Source: Promethearchaeota archaeon (GTDB taxonomy: Archaea; Asgardarchaeota; Lokiarchaeia; Sigyniarchaeales; SOKP01). From it: DNA of 45,289 bases. Below, one piece after another: positions 1 through 9,012 of this stretch (its first letter is position 1; each line of letters starts with the position of its first letter). The notes beneath the pieces were generated by a model that had not been told where the DNA came from, ran no database searches, and saw only the letters and a list, made by a program, of their open reading frames with translations. The stretch lies in the NCBI GenBank assembly GCA_048938895.1, contig JBHLLU010000014.1, forward strand, positions 1-45,289, written 5' to 3'. The translations under genes were made by a program, and so were the position numbers.

Positions 1-70
1 ATTTTATTTCCCATTTTTCGATATTCCATTGTTATCACACATAATAATTTTCTAATTTTCTAGTCTTAAT

Positions 71-961
71 TCATGGTTTTTGGACTTTATCTGCGTTTTT
101 TCTAATTGCATTAACGATTTTAGGCCACGTTTCGGGGGGTAAACTATGCCCCATTCCATCAATAATAAGCAACTCTGCCCCAGGTATGGACTCAGCTGTA
201 TCTTTTCCCCCGGTAATCGGAGCGAGGGGATCATCTCCCCCATGGATAACTATAGTAGGAGCTTTGATTGAGGCCAATTTTGGTTTGCGGTTACCGTGAG
301 CCATTGAAGCCATCATCTGGCGTACTGTTCCCTGAGGGTAAAAAGATCGATCGAACACTCTTCCCATCATATCACGCCCAAAATTTTCATCATATGGAAA
401 TCCTTTCCCATAGGTAGTTTTAGCGATCTTCACTCTATAATTGATATAAGCTTCTCGTTCAGTAGGTGCGCGAGCAGTAAGCATGTTTGCTACTTCTGGT
501 TTAGGACGAGGAAGATCAGGATTTCCAGTTGATCCCATGATCGGCGCTAAGCTAAGTACCCGATCTGGATGTCTGTAGCCTATGGTTTGTGTTATTGCCG
601 CACCCATAGACGCACCGCATATATGTGCTTTTTCTATTCCTAAGGCGTCTAATAGTCCTATTGCATCATCTGCCATATCATCAGTAGTATAGTCATAGGT
701 GATCTTTTCTCCTCTTTGAACAGCTTTTCTTGCCTCTCTGAATTTCGGAATTCCCAAGTGGTCAAATTTCGTTGATAATCCAACATCTCTATTATCAAAT
801 CTGATAACATAAAAACCCTTATCGACAAGCATTTCACAAAATTCTTCAGGCCATTGAATCATTTGTGCACCCAAACCCATAATTAGAAGTATAGGTTCTG
901 AAGTACTATCTCCAAATGTATCGTATTCTATTTCTATATTATTTGCCTTTACTTTTGGCAT
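71..961 (-). CDS. Alpha/beta fold hydrolase (esterase/lipase-like)
   Basis: GASMG nucleophile elbow, IRFDNRDVGLS, HGGDDPL acid and GMGHSL His. ATG at 961 preferred over the track's GTG at 973, which lies in an AGTGAT SD-like element. Confidence 0.9.
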   Translation of the reverse strand: MPKVKANNIEIEYDTFGDSTSEPILLIMGLGAQMIQWPEEFCEMLVDKGFYVIRFDNRDVGLSTKFDHLGIPKFREARKAVQRGEKITYDYTTDDMADDAIGLLDALGIEKAHICGASMGAAITQTIGYRHPDRVLSLAPIMGSTGNPDLPRPKPEVANMLTARAPTEREAYINYRVKIAKTTYGKGFPYDENFGRDMMGRVFDRSFYPQGTVRQMMASMAHGNRKPKLASIKAPTIVIHGGDDPLAPITGGKDTAESIPGAELLIIDGMGHSLPPETWPKIVNAIRKNADKVQKP

Positions 962-1204
962 ATTTAAAATCACTTAAGTGTATATTTTTCTATCTAATAC
1001 TTCGTAATTAATAAATTTAGTAATTTTTTCCAATTAAAAACTATATAAATTTATTTGTACAGAGCACAGATTCGTCTGATTTCACTGAATTCATTTTCCT
1101 ACAAACTTTAAATAATAACTTCTTTATTATTATTTTAATGGGATTAAATCTAAAGTACTAAACTTTTTAATAGGAATCCTAGTTATAATTGAAGGGAATC
1201 TATT

Positions 1205-2833
1205 ATGAACGAGGATCAAAAATTCCAAGAAATTATCAGTAGAGGAATTAAGCAATATTTCAAGCTTAACCCAGAAATGGCTGTTCTTTTTGGAAAAGAT
1301 GAATATGAAGATGAAATAGAATCTGGAACGAAGGAACATATAAGGAATAGGCTTACTTGGTTTACTCAATGGCTTGATGAAGTCAAGCAATTAGATTATG
1401 AGCAATTGAATTTCGAAACCAAATTACGCTAAAAACAATGGATTATTATCATGCTATTAACCTTTTTATGTATGAAGCATATCCAATATGGAAAAAAGAT
1501 CCAAATGGATTCAATTATCTACAGACTCGAATCTTTGTAATATTTCAACGGAAAGGACCATCTACCGAAATAGCAAAAGTAATCATAACCCTCTTAAAAA
1601 AAATACCTGCATATCTAGAAGAGTTTCAATCTCGTTTTGATGAGACCCCTATTCCTAGAGTTTGGAGGGATTTAGCCTTAGAACAAATTCAGACAACACC
1701 TAATTTTTTCAAGACTCTACTTGATGCTTTCAAAAATGCTAAAAGTATATCTGAATCTCTGATAGATGAACTTAAAAACAGCTTTCAAGCAGCTGAATCA
1801 GTGGTTCTAAAGCATATTGAATGGGTAAAAACTTTGCCAGTGGATAATGACGATTTTGCATGGGCGTTAGGTCCAGAAAAGTTAGATGAATTGTTTACCT
1901 TACGAAAACTCCCTTGGGATAGAGAAACAATGTTTAAAAAAGGGAAAGAGGTATTTAATAAATTGTTTAAAAGAATGAAAAAATTAGCGAAGGAAATCGA
2001 TCCAACAAAATCGCTAACTGAAGTGATTGAAGATGTTCTTAAAAAAGATAAAATCCCCACATTCCAAGAAGTGCTTGAGTTCGCACGCAGTGAGTCTGAA
2101 CGAGCGAAGAGATTTATACTATCCCATAATCTCGCAAGCTTTCCTCAGGAGAAATTAGTGATTGTTGAAACACCACCTCATTTTGTTAGCATAATCCCAA
2201 GTGCGGCTTACTATGACGCTCCCTATTTTCATAAAGAGCAACCTGGAATTTATATGATAACTCCTCCCCAAACTGAAGAAGATTCTATAGGAAATTCCTA
2301 CATTTTGATATCAAATGCTATGGTGCATGAAGCTTATCCAGGACACCATTTAGATATTGCTAGTAATAATAAATATGCTCCTCTCGCACGGTTATTAGGT
2401 TTTGCATTAGAAACTGTGGAAGGTTGGGCTCATTATTGTGAAGAAATGATGCTTCAACAAGGATTTTATAAAGAACCCAAGAATGCTGAAAGATATATTA
2501 TAGGAAATCAATTATATCGAGCAATGAGAGTTATTTTAGACATCCAACTTCACTGTAAGCAACGCACAATTGAAGATGCTGTAAAGATGTTTATGAATAT
2601 TTTAGCAATGGATGAAACTTCTGCTAAAGCAGTTGCGATATACATCCAATCCAGGTTATAATGTCTCATATCTAATAGGGAAATTATTGATTCAAGACTT
2701 ACGAAAAGAAGTGAAAGAAAAAATGGGTGAGAAATTTAGCTTGAAATTCTTTCATGATACGATTCTTAGAAGTGGGGATTTACCTTATTACCTGTTGAAA
2801 GAATATTTTGATGAAAGATTAAAAAAGAATTAA
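1205..2833 (+). pseudogene. DUF885 family protein (HExxPGHH metallopeptidase-like), split by two frameshifts
   Basis: Track ORFs 1205-1432, 1438-2661 and 2612-2833 join into one protein with HEAYPGHH, EGWAHYCE, RYTSNPGY..SYLIG and FHDTIL motifs. Frame changes at ~1421-1423 and ~2632. Could be assembly error. Confidence 0.8.
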
Positions 2834-2953
2834 TGAATGAGCAATAGGGAAAATAATGTTCCAGTCTATTGTTTGAAACTCTTTTTTTAAAAAAATTAAA
2901 AAATAGAGAGGAATTAATGACAATAATTCAAATTTAATTAAAAAGTGATTTAC

Positions 2954-3979
2954 ATGGTTGTAAAATTTCAAGATTTATTACATATCGAAATTTCGGTCCC
3001 TGATGCTGAGAAGGCATATCAAGTACTTCATAATGTCTTTGGGGCTGAGAAAGTACAAGAAGAATTCGCGGGTTTTTTAGATGGGGAATACAACAAGGTA
3101 ATTCATGTTGGTCTTGGTGATGTGGTTTTACAATTCATTGAACCTTTAGTTGAGGGGAGTTCATGGTATCAGCAGCTAAAAATAAAAGGTCCTGGAGTTC
3201 ATAATCTGACATTCGGTGTAGAAAATGCTGATGAGGCAGCAAATGAAATGGAAAAATTAGGTGAAATTAAGCCTCTCTTCACGTTCGATTTAGAATGGAA
3301 GAATATGATTCCACCTGAAGTGTTAAAAACAGAAGTGGGAAAAGTTTATATGATGGATGCGATGGATAAGCTAGGCTTTCATTTAGAATTCGGAGATAAT
3401 CCATTTAAAGAAGAAGCTCGAAATGTACTTCCACAGACTCGATATGCTACGGGACATGATGAATTAATAGGGAATGCCTCTCCCATGCTGCATATAGAGC
3501 TTGTTACACAGGATCTAACGAAGACTTATGAACTCTTACATAACGTTTTTGGTTCAGAAAAAATAGAGATTGAGTTTGCCGATTTGTTAGACACTCCATT
3601 CATGCACATAATTCATGTAAATTTAAGTAATGTAGTATTGCAGTATTGTCAACCTATGATGAAAGTCGACGGACCAATGGGTAGCTGGTATAGACTTTTA
3701 GAGAAAAATGGAACCTATGTTCATAACATTACTTTTGTGGTTAATGATATTGATGACATTGTAAGTAAATTTAAGAAAGAGGGTATTGACCCGTTATTTA
3801 ATTTTCAAGTCGCTTGGGAAAAATTAGATGAGAAATTAAAAGCTAAAAGAAAACCAGTATACATGATGAATAGTCTTGATGTGTTAGGGTTCCATATGGA
3901 ATTTGGAGAAATCCCTTCAGAGGAAGACCGAGATAAGCTTTCAAAATTTCTATTTATTGATTTAAAACAAGATAACTAA
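2954..3979 (+). CDS. Tandem two-domain VOC (glyoxalase / methylmalonyl-CoA epimerase-like) protein
   Basis: Two internally homologous halves, each with HIE..., VVLQ, (G/Y)VHN(L/I)TF and GFH(L/M)EFG (H/Q/H/E metal set). ATG at 2954 lies downstream of an AGTGAT SD. Confidence 0.8.
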   Translation: MVVKFQDLLHIEISVPDAEKAYQVLHNVFGAEKVQEEFAGFLDGEYNKVIHVGLGDVVLQFIEPLVEGSSWYQQLKIKGPGVHNLTFGVENADEAANEMEKLGEIKPLFTFDLEWKNMIPPEVLKTEVGKVYMMDAMDKLGFHLEFGDNPFKEEARNVLPQTRYATGHDELIGNASPMLHIELVTQDLTKTYELLHNVFGSEKIEIEFADLLDTPFMHIIHVNLSNVVLQYCQPMMKVDGPMGSWYRLLEKNGTYVHNITFVVNDIDDIVSKFKKEGIDPLFNFQVAWEKLDEKLKAKRKPVYMMNSLDVLGFHMEFGEIPSEEDRDKLSKFLFIDLKQDN

Positions 3980-3999
3980 AAAAAAGAGAAAAAATTAAA

Positions 4000-4401
4000 A
4001 TGATGTTCAAGATATTTAATGAAGAATGGCTAGAATCCTTAGACACGCTTGAAGAGATAATGTGGTTCTTAATATTTTATCTCATCTTGCTATTAGTTAT
4101 GGCTATTTTTTTGAAGTTAGCATTAGGATTTTTTAGTAAGGCGACCCACACCGATTTTGGACAAGTTTTCCTTACATCTTTTCTTATAACTATAGCATTT
4201 GCAATAATCTTTTTACTCTTTGGAGGATGGCTTGCTTGGGTCATAGCATTGATTGTAACTTGGATTCTGATAGCTATTAGACATAACATTGGATTTTTAG
4301 CCGCGATTGTTGTTACTGTAATAGCTTTTGTCTTATTTGTGATTGTAGCATTAATCATTGGAGTACTTTTTGACGTTACAATAATCGTATTCCCTTTTTA
4401 A
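4000..4401 (+). CDS. Small integral membrane protein (~4 TM), unknown function
   Basis: 133-aa ORF with four long hydrophobic segments, operonic with neighbours, followed by a T-run. Confidence 0.75.
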   Translation: MMFKIFNEEWLESLDTLEEIMWFLIFYLILLLVMAIFLKLALGFFSKATHTDFGQVFLTSFLITIAFAIIFLLFGGWLAWVIALIVTWILIAIRHNIGFLAAIVVTVIAFVLFVIVALIIGVLFDVTIIVFPF

Positions 4402-4421
4402 ATTATCTTTTTTTTTATTAT

Positions 4422-5954
4422 TTGAGGTGTTTTATCATTTCAGAAAAGCCAAATATTATAATTTTTAACCCAGATCAATGGAGAGGTGACGTTTTAGGCC
4501 ATGTGGGAAATCCTGCTGCAGTAACACCCAATCTTGATAAAATGGTCGAGAACGATGCGGTTTCTTTTAGTAATGCTTTTTGTCAGAATACTGTCTGTAC
4601 TCCTTCCAGGTGTAGTTTTATGACAGGATGGTATCCTCATGTTAGAGGGCATCGAACTATGTTTCATATGCTACATTTAGATAAAGGTGAGCCTAATTTA
4701 ATGAGATTACTCAAAGAAAATGGATATTTTGTGTGGTGGAGTTCGAGGAATGATCTTATTTCAGCTAAAGATGATCTAAAAGAACACTGTGATATATCTT
4801 TTTGGCCTTCAAAAGAAGATTTGAAACGGTGGGGATATACGTGGAATCCAAATCTATATGTAAATAATGAATGGCGTGGAGATCCTGAAGGTGATAACTA
4901 CTATAGTTTTTTTGCGGGAAAGTTAGATAAAAAAGGAAGTGATATATATTTTGATTTTGATTGGGCAATGATATTAGGAGCAATAGATTTTATTAGATCT
5001 TATAGCGGGGAGAAACCCATTTGCATGAATATTGCATTGGGCTATCCGCATCCTCCATATTGTGTTGAAGAACCTTGGTTCAGCATTACTAAACGTAAAA
5101 ATCTTCCCCCACGTAAAAAAGCACCTAAAGATTGGACAAGTAAACCTTTGCTCTTAAAAGGAATATATGAAAGCCAAAATCTTCAAGACTGGACAGAAGA
5201 TAGATGGGACGAACTACGTACTACCTATTATGGAATGTGTTCTCGTCTTGATTATCAATTTGGATTAATTGTTGAAGAACTTAAAAAGAAAGGTTATTAT
5301 GATGACAGTGCAATATTTTTCTTCTCAGATCATGGTGATTTTACGGGAGATTATGGTATTGTTGAGAAAGCACAGAACACGTTTGAAGATTGCCTGACCA
5401 GAGTGCCCTTAATAATTAAACCCCCAGGTAATATTAAGATTAAACCTAGAGTATGTGATGCACTTGTAGAATTAGTTGATTTTTCTGAAACTGTATTTGC
5501 TTTAACTGGTATAAATCCCAATTATACTCGTTTTGGTAAAAGTTTGATACCATTACTTCAAGGTGAAACTGAAAATCACAGAGATGCTGTGTTCTGTGAA
5601 GGCGGAAGATTATATGGTGAAAAACATGCTATGGAAATAGAATCTAAATCAGCATTAATTCAGGATGGTCTTTACTGGCCTCGGGTAAGTCTTCAAGTAA
5701 CGGATGATAAACCATACCATGGTAAAGCTGTAATGTGTAGGACAAAAGACTTCAAATATATTAAGCGTCTTTATGAAGACGATGAGTTATATGATTTAAA
5801 TAAAGATCCTGAAGAATTATTTAATGTTATTAATGATTCGGATTATGATGAAATCCTTATCAACATGAAAGAAAAAATGCTTACATGGTATTTAGAAACG
5901 TGTGACGTAGTCCCTTTTGAAACTGACTGGAGATTCAGATGGACTAAAGGTTAA
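4422..5954 (+). CDS. Cys-type sulfatase (sulfatase-like hydrolase)
   Basis: KPNII...DQWR, CTPSRCSFMTG formylglycine signature, PHPP, SDHG, ELYDL..DP.E. True start may be ATT at 4437 (see findings). Confidence 0.92.
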   Translation: MRCFIISEKPNIIIFNPDQWRGDVLGHVGNPAAVTPNLDKMVENDAVSFSNAFCQNTVCTPSRCSFMTGWYPHVRGHRTMFHMLHLDKGEPNLMRLLKENGYFVWWSSRNDLISAKDDLKEHCDISFWPSKEDLKRWGYTWNPNLYVNNEWRGDPEGDNYYSFFAGKLDKKGSDIYFDFDWAMILGAIDFIRSYSGEKPICMNIALGYPHPPYCVEEPWFSITKRKNLPPRKKAPKDWTSKPLLLKGIYESQNLQDWTEDRWDELRTTYYGMCSRLDYQFGLIVEELKKKGYYDDSAIFFFSDHGDFTGDYGIVEKAQNTFEDCLTRVPLIIKPPGNIKIKPRVCDALVELVDFSETVFALTGINPNYTRFGKSLIPLLQGETENHRDAVFCEGGRLYGEKHAMEIESKSALIQDGLYWPRVSLQVTDDKPYHGKAVMCRTKDFKYIKRLYEDDELYDLNKDPEELFNVINDSDYDEILINMKEKMLTWYLETCDVVPFETDWRFRWTKG

Positions 5955-5998
5955 AAAAAAAGATTGCTCAATTATAACAAAAAGGAAAAAAAGAGATA

Positions 5999-6895
5999 TT
6001 ATAAAGGATTATCTTTTATAAATTCAATAATAAGATTTGCTAATTCGGGACCTTTATCTTCCTGTACAAAATGTCCTGCATCTTTAATCGTTGTATGCTT
6101 TTGTCCTTGAGCACCCGGAATATCTTTTTGCCAAGATCTATCAATTCCACGAGTAATAGGATCACTATCAGAAAAAGCTGTAAGAAAAGGTTTTTCCCAC
6201 TTTCTAAATTGTTCAGATGCTTTCTTATTAGCTTCATGTTCCGGATCATCGGCACTAATTGGCACCAATGAAGGCATTATACGTGCTCCTGCTTTAAATG
6301 TATCATCAGGGAAAGGAGCTTCATAAGCTTTTCGTATCTCTTTTGTTAATTTTGTAGTAGTTGCACTTTGAACTAAACGTCCCACATCAAATACAGGAGA
6401 TTCTCTAGAAAATTTCCTCCAGTTCAAAAATGCTTCTGTCATTTCTTGTTCACCAGTAGGTAATCCTCCATTTGATAACACTATTCGACTGAATCTCTCT
6501 TGATTTTCGATAGCAACTCTTAAACCTATAAGAGATCCCCAATCTTGACAAAATAGCGTTATTCTCTTAAGGTTAAGCTTTATGACTAACTCAGTCATCC
6601 AATTCACATGTTTTGCATATGTATGATCTTCCTGTTCTGTTGGCTTATCAGAACGACCGAATCCCACTAAATCTGGTGCAACAACTCGAAATCCTGCTTC
6701 TACTAAAATAGGGATCATATGTCTATATAAATAACTCCATGAAGGTTCACCATGCATCAAGAGAATAACTTCAGCCTCTTTTGGACCTTCATCTACATAA
6801 TGTATCCTTATTTTTTCAACCTCTAAGTAATGTGGCTCATAGGGAAAATCAGGAAGATTTTCAAATCTCTCATCTGGTGTACGCAATAATTTCAT
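5999..6895 (-). CDS. Haloalkane dehalogenase (HLD-I / DhmA-like)
   Basis: LRTPDERF, HGEPSWSYLYR, CQDWG (nucleophile Asp plus halide-binding Trp), SDSDPI, GHFVQEDKG. Confidence 0.92.
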   Translation of the reverse strand: MKLLRTPDERFENLPDFPYEPHYLEVEKIRIHYVDEGPKEAEVILLMHGEPSWSYLYRHMIPILVEAGFRVVAPDLVGFGRSDKPTEQEDHTYAKHVNWMTELVIKLNLKRITLFCQDWGSLIGLRVAIENQERFSRIVLSNGGLPTGEQEMTEAFLNWRKFSRESPVFDVGRLVQSATTTKLTKEIRKAYEAPFPDDTFKAGARIMPSLVPISADDPEHEANKKASEQFRKWEKPFLTAFSDSDPITRGIDRSWQKDIPGAQGQKHTTIKDAGHFVQEDKGPELANLIIEFIKDNPL

Positions 6896-6970
6896 ACTAA
6901 ATACCAAATCATTATGTCTTATAAAAGTTTCATTTTTTACAAACTCAGTTATTATATAAAGGGTATTATT

Positions 6971-7846
6971 TTAATTTAATCCCAAACCTGCTATAGTCCA
7001 TTCAATTAGAACTTTCATTACTTGAGCATTCCAAAATTTAGAATTCGGCATAAATTTCTGGATATACTTTGATGTAATTACATCAATCGATGCATCTTCA
7101 TTGTACCACTGAATTATTGATTCTTTTACATCGAAATATAAAGATTCCATTTGTTTAACAATTTGTTCAAAGTCATTATCAGTCCAAACTCCAAAATGTC
7201 CCAAAGATATTGAGTTAAGTTCATTTTTAATATTTCTTAGCTTTTCAAAAGATTTTAAAAGTTCTTTCTCGTTAAATTCAGGTGGCATGGGGGGAATAAA
7301 AAAAGCATCTTGGTCTAATTTATCAATTATTGCATCACCAACAAAAATATTTTTTACATTTCTATTAATAATTCCAATAGAATCCATTGTATGACCAAAT
7401 AAATTAATAACTTCTAATTCTAGACCGTTTACATCAATTATATCTCCCTCCTTTAAAGGAGTGACATTTTCTATTGGCTGCATATCAAATTCATAAAACT
7501 CATTTAGTTTACTAGGATCTTTTAAGTTTTCTACTGCATTTTCTGAAGCTAAAATTTCAATCTCAGAATCTTTTATTGATTGCTGCAATTTGGATATACC
7601 CTGAGCATGGTCCCAATGAGAATGGGTTATAACAATTCTATGGATAGGGTAAAGCCCAAATTCTTTTAATTTATTTAAAATTTTACGGATTTTTAGAGTT
7701 TCCCCCACGTCAACCATCAAGCGCATACCATTATTCTCAACAATATAAATACTGAGAAATTTTGGCAACCCAAGAACCATCCCATCGACTAAATATGAAT
7801 TTTTGTTAAATTTTCCTTCAAAGTTTATATGTGTTATAAATATCAC
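6971..7846 (-). CDS. MBL-fold metallo-hydrolase
   Basis: THSHWDHAQG (HxHxDH), GHT, FVGDA, LGHFG motifs. Start possibly ATA at 7837. Confidence 0.9.
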   Translation of the reverse strand: MIFITHINFEGKFNKNSYLVDGMVLGLPKFLSIYIVENNGMRLMVDVGETLKIRKILNKLKEFGLYPIHRIVITHSHWDHAQGISKLQQSIKDSEIEILASENAVENLKDPSKLNEFYEFDMQPIENVTPLKEGDIIDVNGLELEVINLFGHTMDSIGIINRNVKNIFVGDAIIDKLDQDAFFIPPMPPEFNEKELLKSFEKLRNIKNELNSISLGHFGVWTDNDFEQIVKQMESLYFDVKESIIQWYNEDASIDVITSKYIQKFMPNSKFWNAQVMKVLIEWTIAGLGLN

Positions 7847-7852
7847 CTTTTC

Positions 7853-8344
7853 TTAATAGTTAAATTCATAATTCCCTACTTTTATTTCTTGAGTAAATTT
7901 TTCATCTGGTCTTTTTTTTCTTATTTCAATTAAATTTAACACATCATAACCTCTTTTTTTCAAAAATTGAATACTCATATCATTATTTGGATGAACCCAA
8001 TTGTATACCGTCTCACTTCCTAGCTTTGTTACTAATTTTTCAGCTTCTTCATATAGCTTTGAGCCAATCCCTTTTCTCCGCATCTTGGGAGTTACATAAA
8101 GAGATTCAGACCATACAATATTGTCTTCTACTCTACATACATGATATCCAATGATTCTATTATTCTCGTCTTCCGCAATATATATTGGGTATTTTTTTTT
8201 TATGTAAAATTCTAACTCTTTTTTTGCGCTATTTAAGTCAGGTTTTTTTTCAATTCCTTTTAATTTTGACAACCTCACACGAAATTTTCCAATGAGAATT
8301 ATCATATCGTTTTTATCTAAATTCTCGTATAGTCTGATTTTCAT
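7853..8344 (-). CDS. GNAT family N-acetyltransferase
   Basis: LYVTPKMRRKGIGSKL acetyl-CoA motif A; N..SIQFLKKRGY. Confidence 0.9.
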   Translation of the reverse strand: MKIRLYENLDKNDMIILIGKFRVRLSKLKGIEKKPDLNSAKKELEFYIKKKYPIYIAEDENNRIIGYHVCRVEDNIVWSESLYVTPKMRRKGIGSKLYEEAEKLVTKLGSETVYNWVHPNNDMSIQFLKKRGYDVLNLIEIRKKRPDEKFTQEIKVGNYEFNY

Positions 8345-8453
8345 AATAAAATCTAGTAGTAGTTCGTAAAACTTAATTTTTAAGATTATGTCAAAGCTTT
8401 TGATTCTTAGCCCTTGAATATAAATATTATATATGCATAAAATATATCAATTA

Positions 8454-8461
8454 TTTATAAT
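8454..8461 (+). promoter_or_regulatory. Putative TATA box for a leaderless transcript of the 8486 microprotein
   Basis: TTTATAAT ending ~25 nt upstream of ATG 8486; region is AT-rich so specificity is limited. Confidence 0.4.
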
Positions 8462-8485
8462 ATTTAATTCGAAAATTATAACAAT

Positions 8486-8653
8486 ATGATGGATTCAGAG
8501 ATAAAAGGACTTAGGAAAAGGAAAGTAAAAAAAATATTAATTTGGGTTGCTATAATAGCAGCAGCAGCAGCATTAGTGGCAACGTTAACCATTGTTAGTA
8601 TAGCGAGTGGTGACGGTGGTGGAACTTGAGGATGTTTAACTAACTTATTTTAA
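8486..8653 (+). CDS. Single-pass membrane microprotein, candidate selenoprotein (in-frame TGA at 8627-8629)
   Basis: Manual translation MMDSEIKGLRKRKVKKILIWVAIIAAAAALVATLTIVSIASGDGGGT-(TGA)-GCLTNLF-TAA: basic N-terminus, ~24-aa TM, Gly-rich tail; SECIS-like element downstream. If TGA is a stop the ORF is 8486-8629 (47 aa). Confidence 0.65.
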
Positions 8654-8659
8654 TATCTA

Positions 8660-8734
8660 AATAACCGATATAGATGATTCTTACAAAAAAATTATAGTTG
8701 TAAGCGGATTAACCTAGCAAAGGTTTCGGTTGTT
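8660..8734 (+). promoter_or_regulatory. Eukaryote-like SECIS-type RNA structure in the 3' UTR
   Basis: Outer helix AATAACCGA(8660-8668)/TCGGTTGTT(8726-8734); core ATGAT(8674-8678) with GGAT(8706-8709); helix CTTACAA(8680-8686)/TTGTAAG(8698-8704); AAAAA apical loop; extra hairpin AACCT/AGGTT(8711-8725). Confidence 0.6.
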
Positions 8735-8781
8735 ATTAAATAAAATTTATGCTCTAATTAAAAAAATTAAGGATTTGAATC

Positions 8782-8934
8782 ATGGTAAATGCAATTCTAA
8801 CTGTAAATGACAAGCAAGTCCCTTTAAAGGATTTTATGCAGGAAATGCTTGCAAACATAATTCTAGGATATTTAGAATCCACAAAAGCAGTTCCTAAACC
8901 CATAGAGACAATAAATATTGATATTAAATTATAA
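8782..8934 (+). CDS. 50-aa protein resembling the C-terminal domain of archaeal MobB-type proteins
   Basis: Manual translation MVNAILTVNDKQVPLKDFMQEMLANIILGYLESTKAVPKPIETINIDIKL; L.VN.K.VPL..F....L..II.G.L pattern; AAGGA SD-like upstream, T-run downstream. Below the track's size cut-off. Confidence 0.7.
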   Translation: MVNAILTVNDKQVPLKDFMQEMLANIILGYLESTKAVPKPIETINIDIKL

Positions 8935-9012
8935 TATTTTTTTTATCTTATTTTAACAATTAATTCACAATCCAAAATTCCTTTAGAAAAACACTATATT
9001 ATTTAATCAAGT

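Noticed and set aside
1056-1105. CAGA-TTCG-TCTG hairpin flanked by TTTGTA/TACAAA as a riboswitch or sRNA
   Set aside because: Stems are too short and no known motif is recognisable.
8558-8572. (GCA)5 microsatellite as a contingency locus
   Set aside because: It simply encodes the Ala5 stretch of the microprotein TM helix and is short and in frame.
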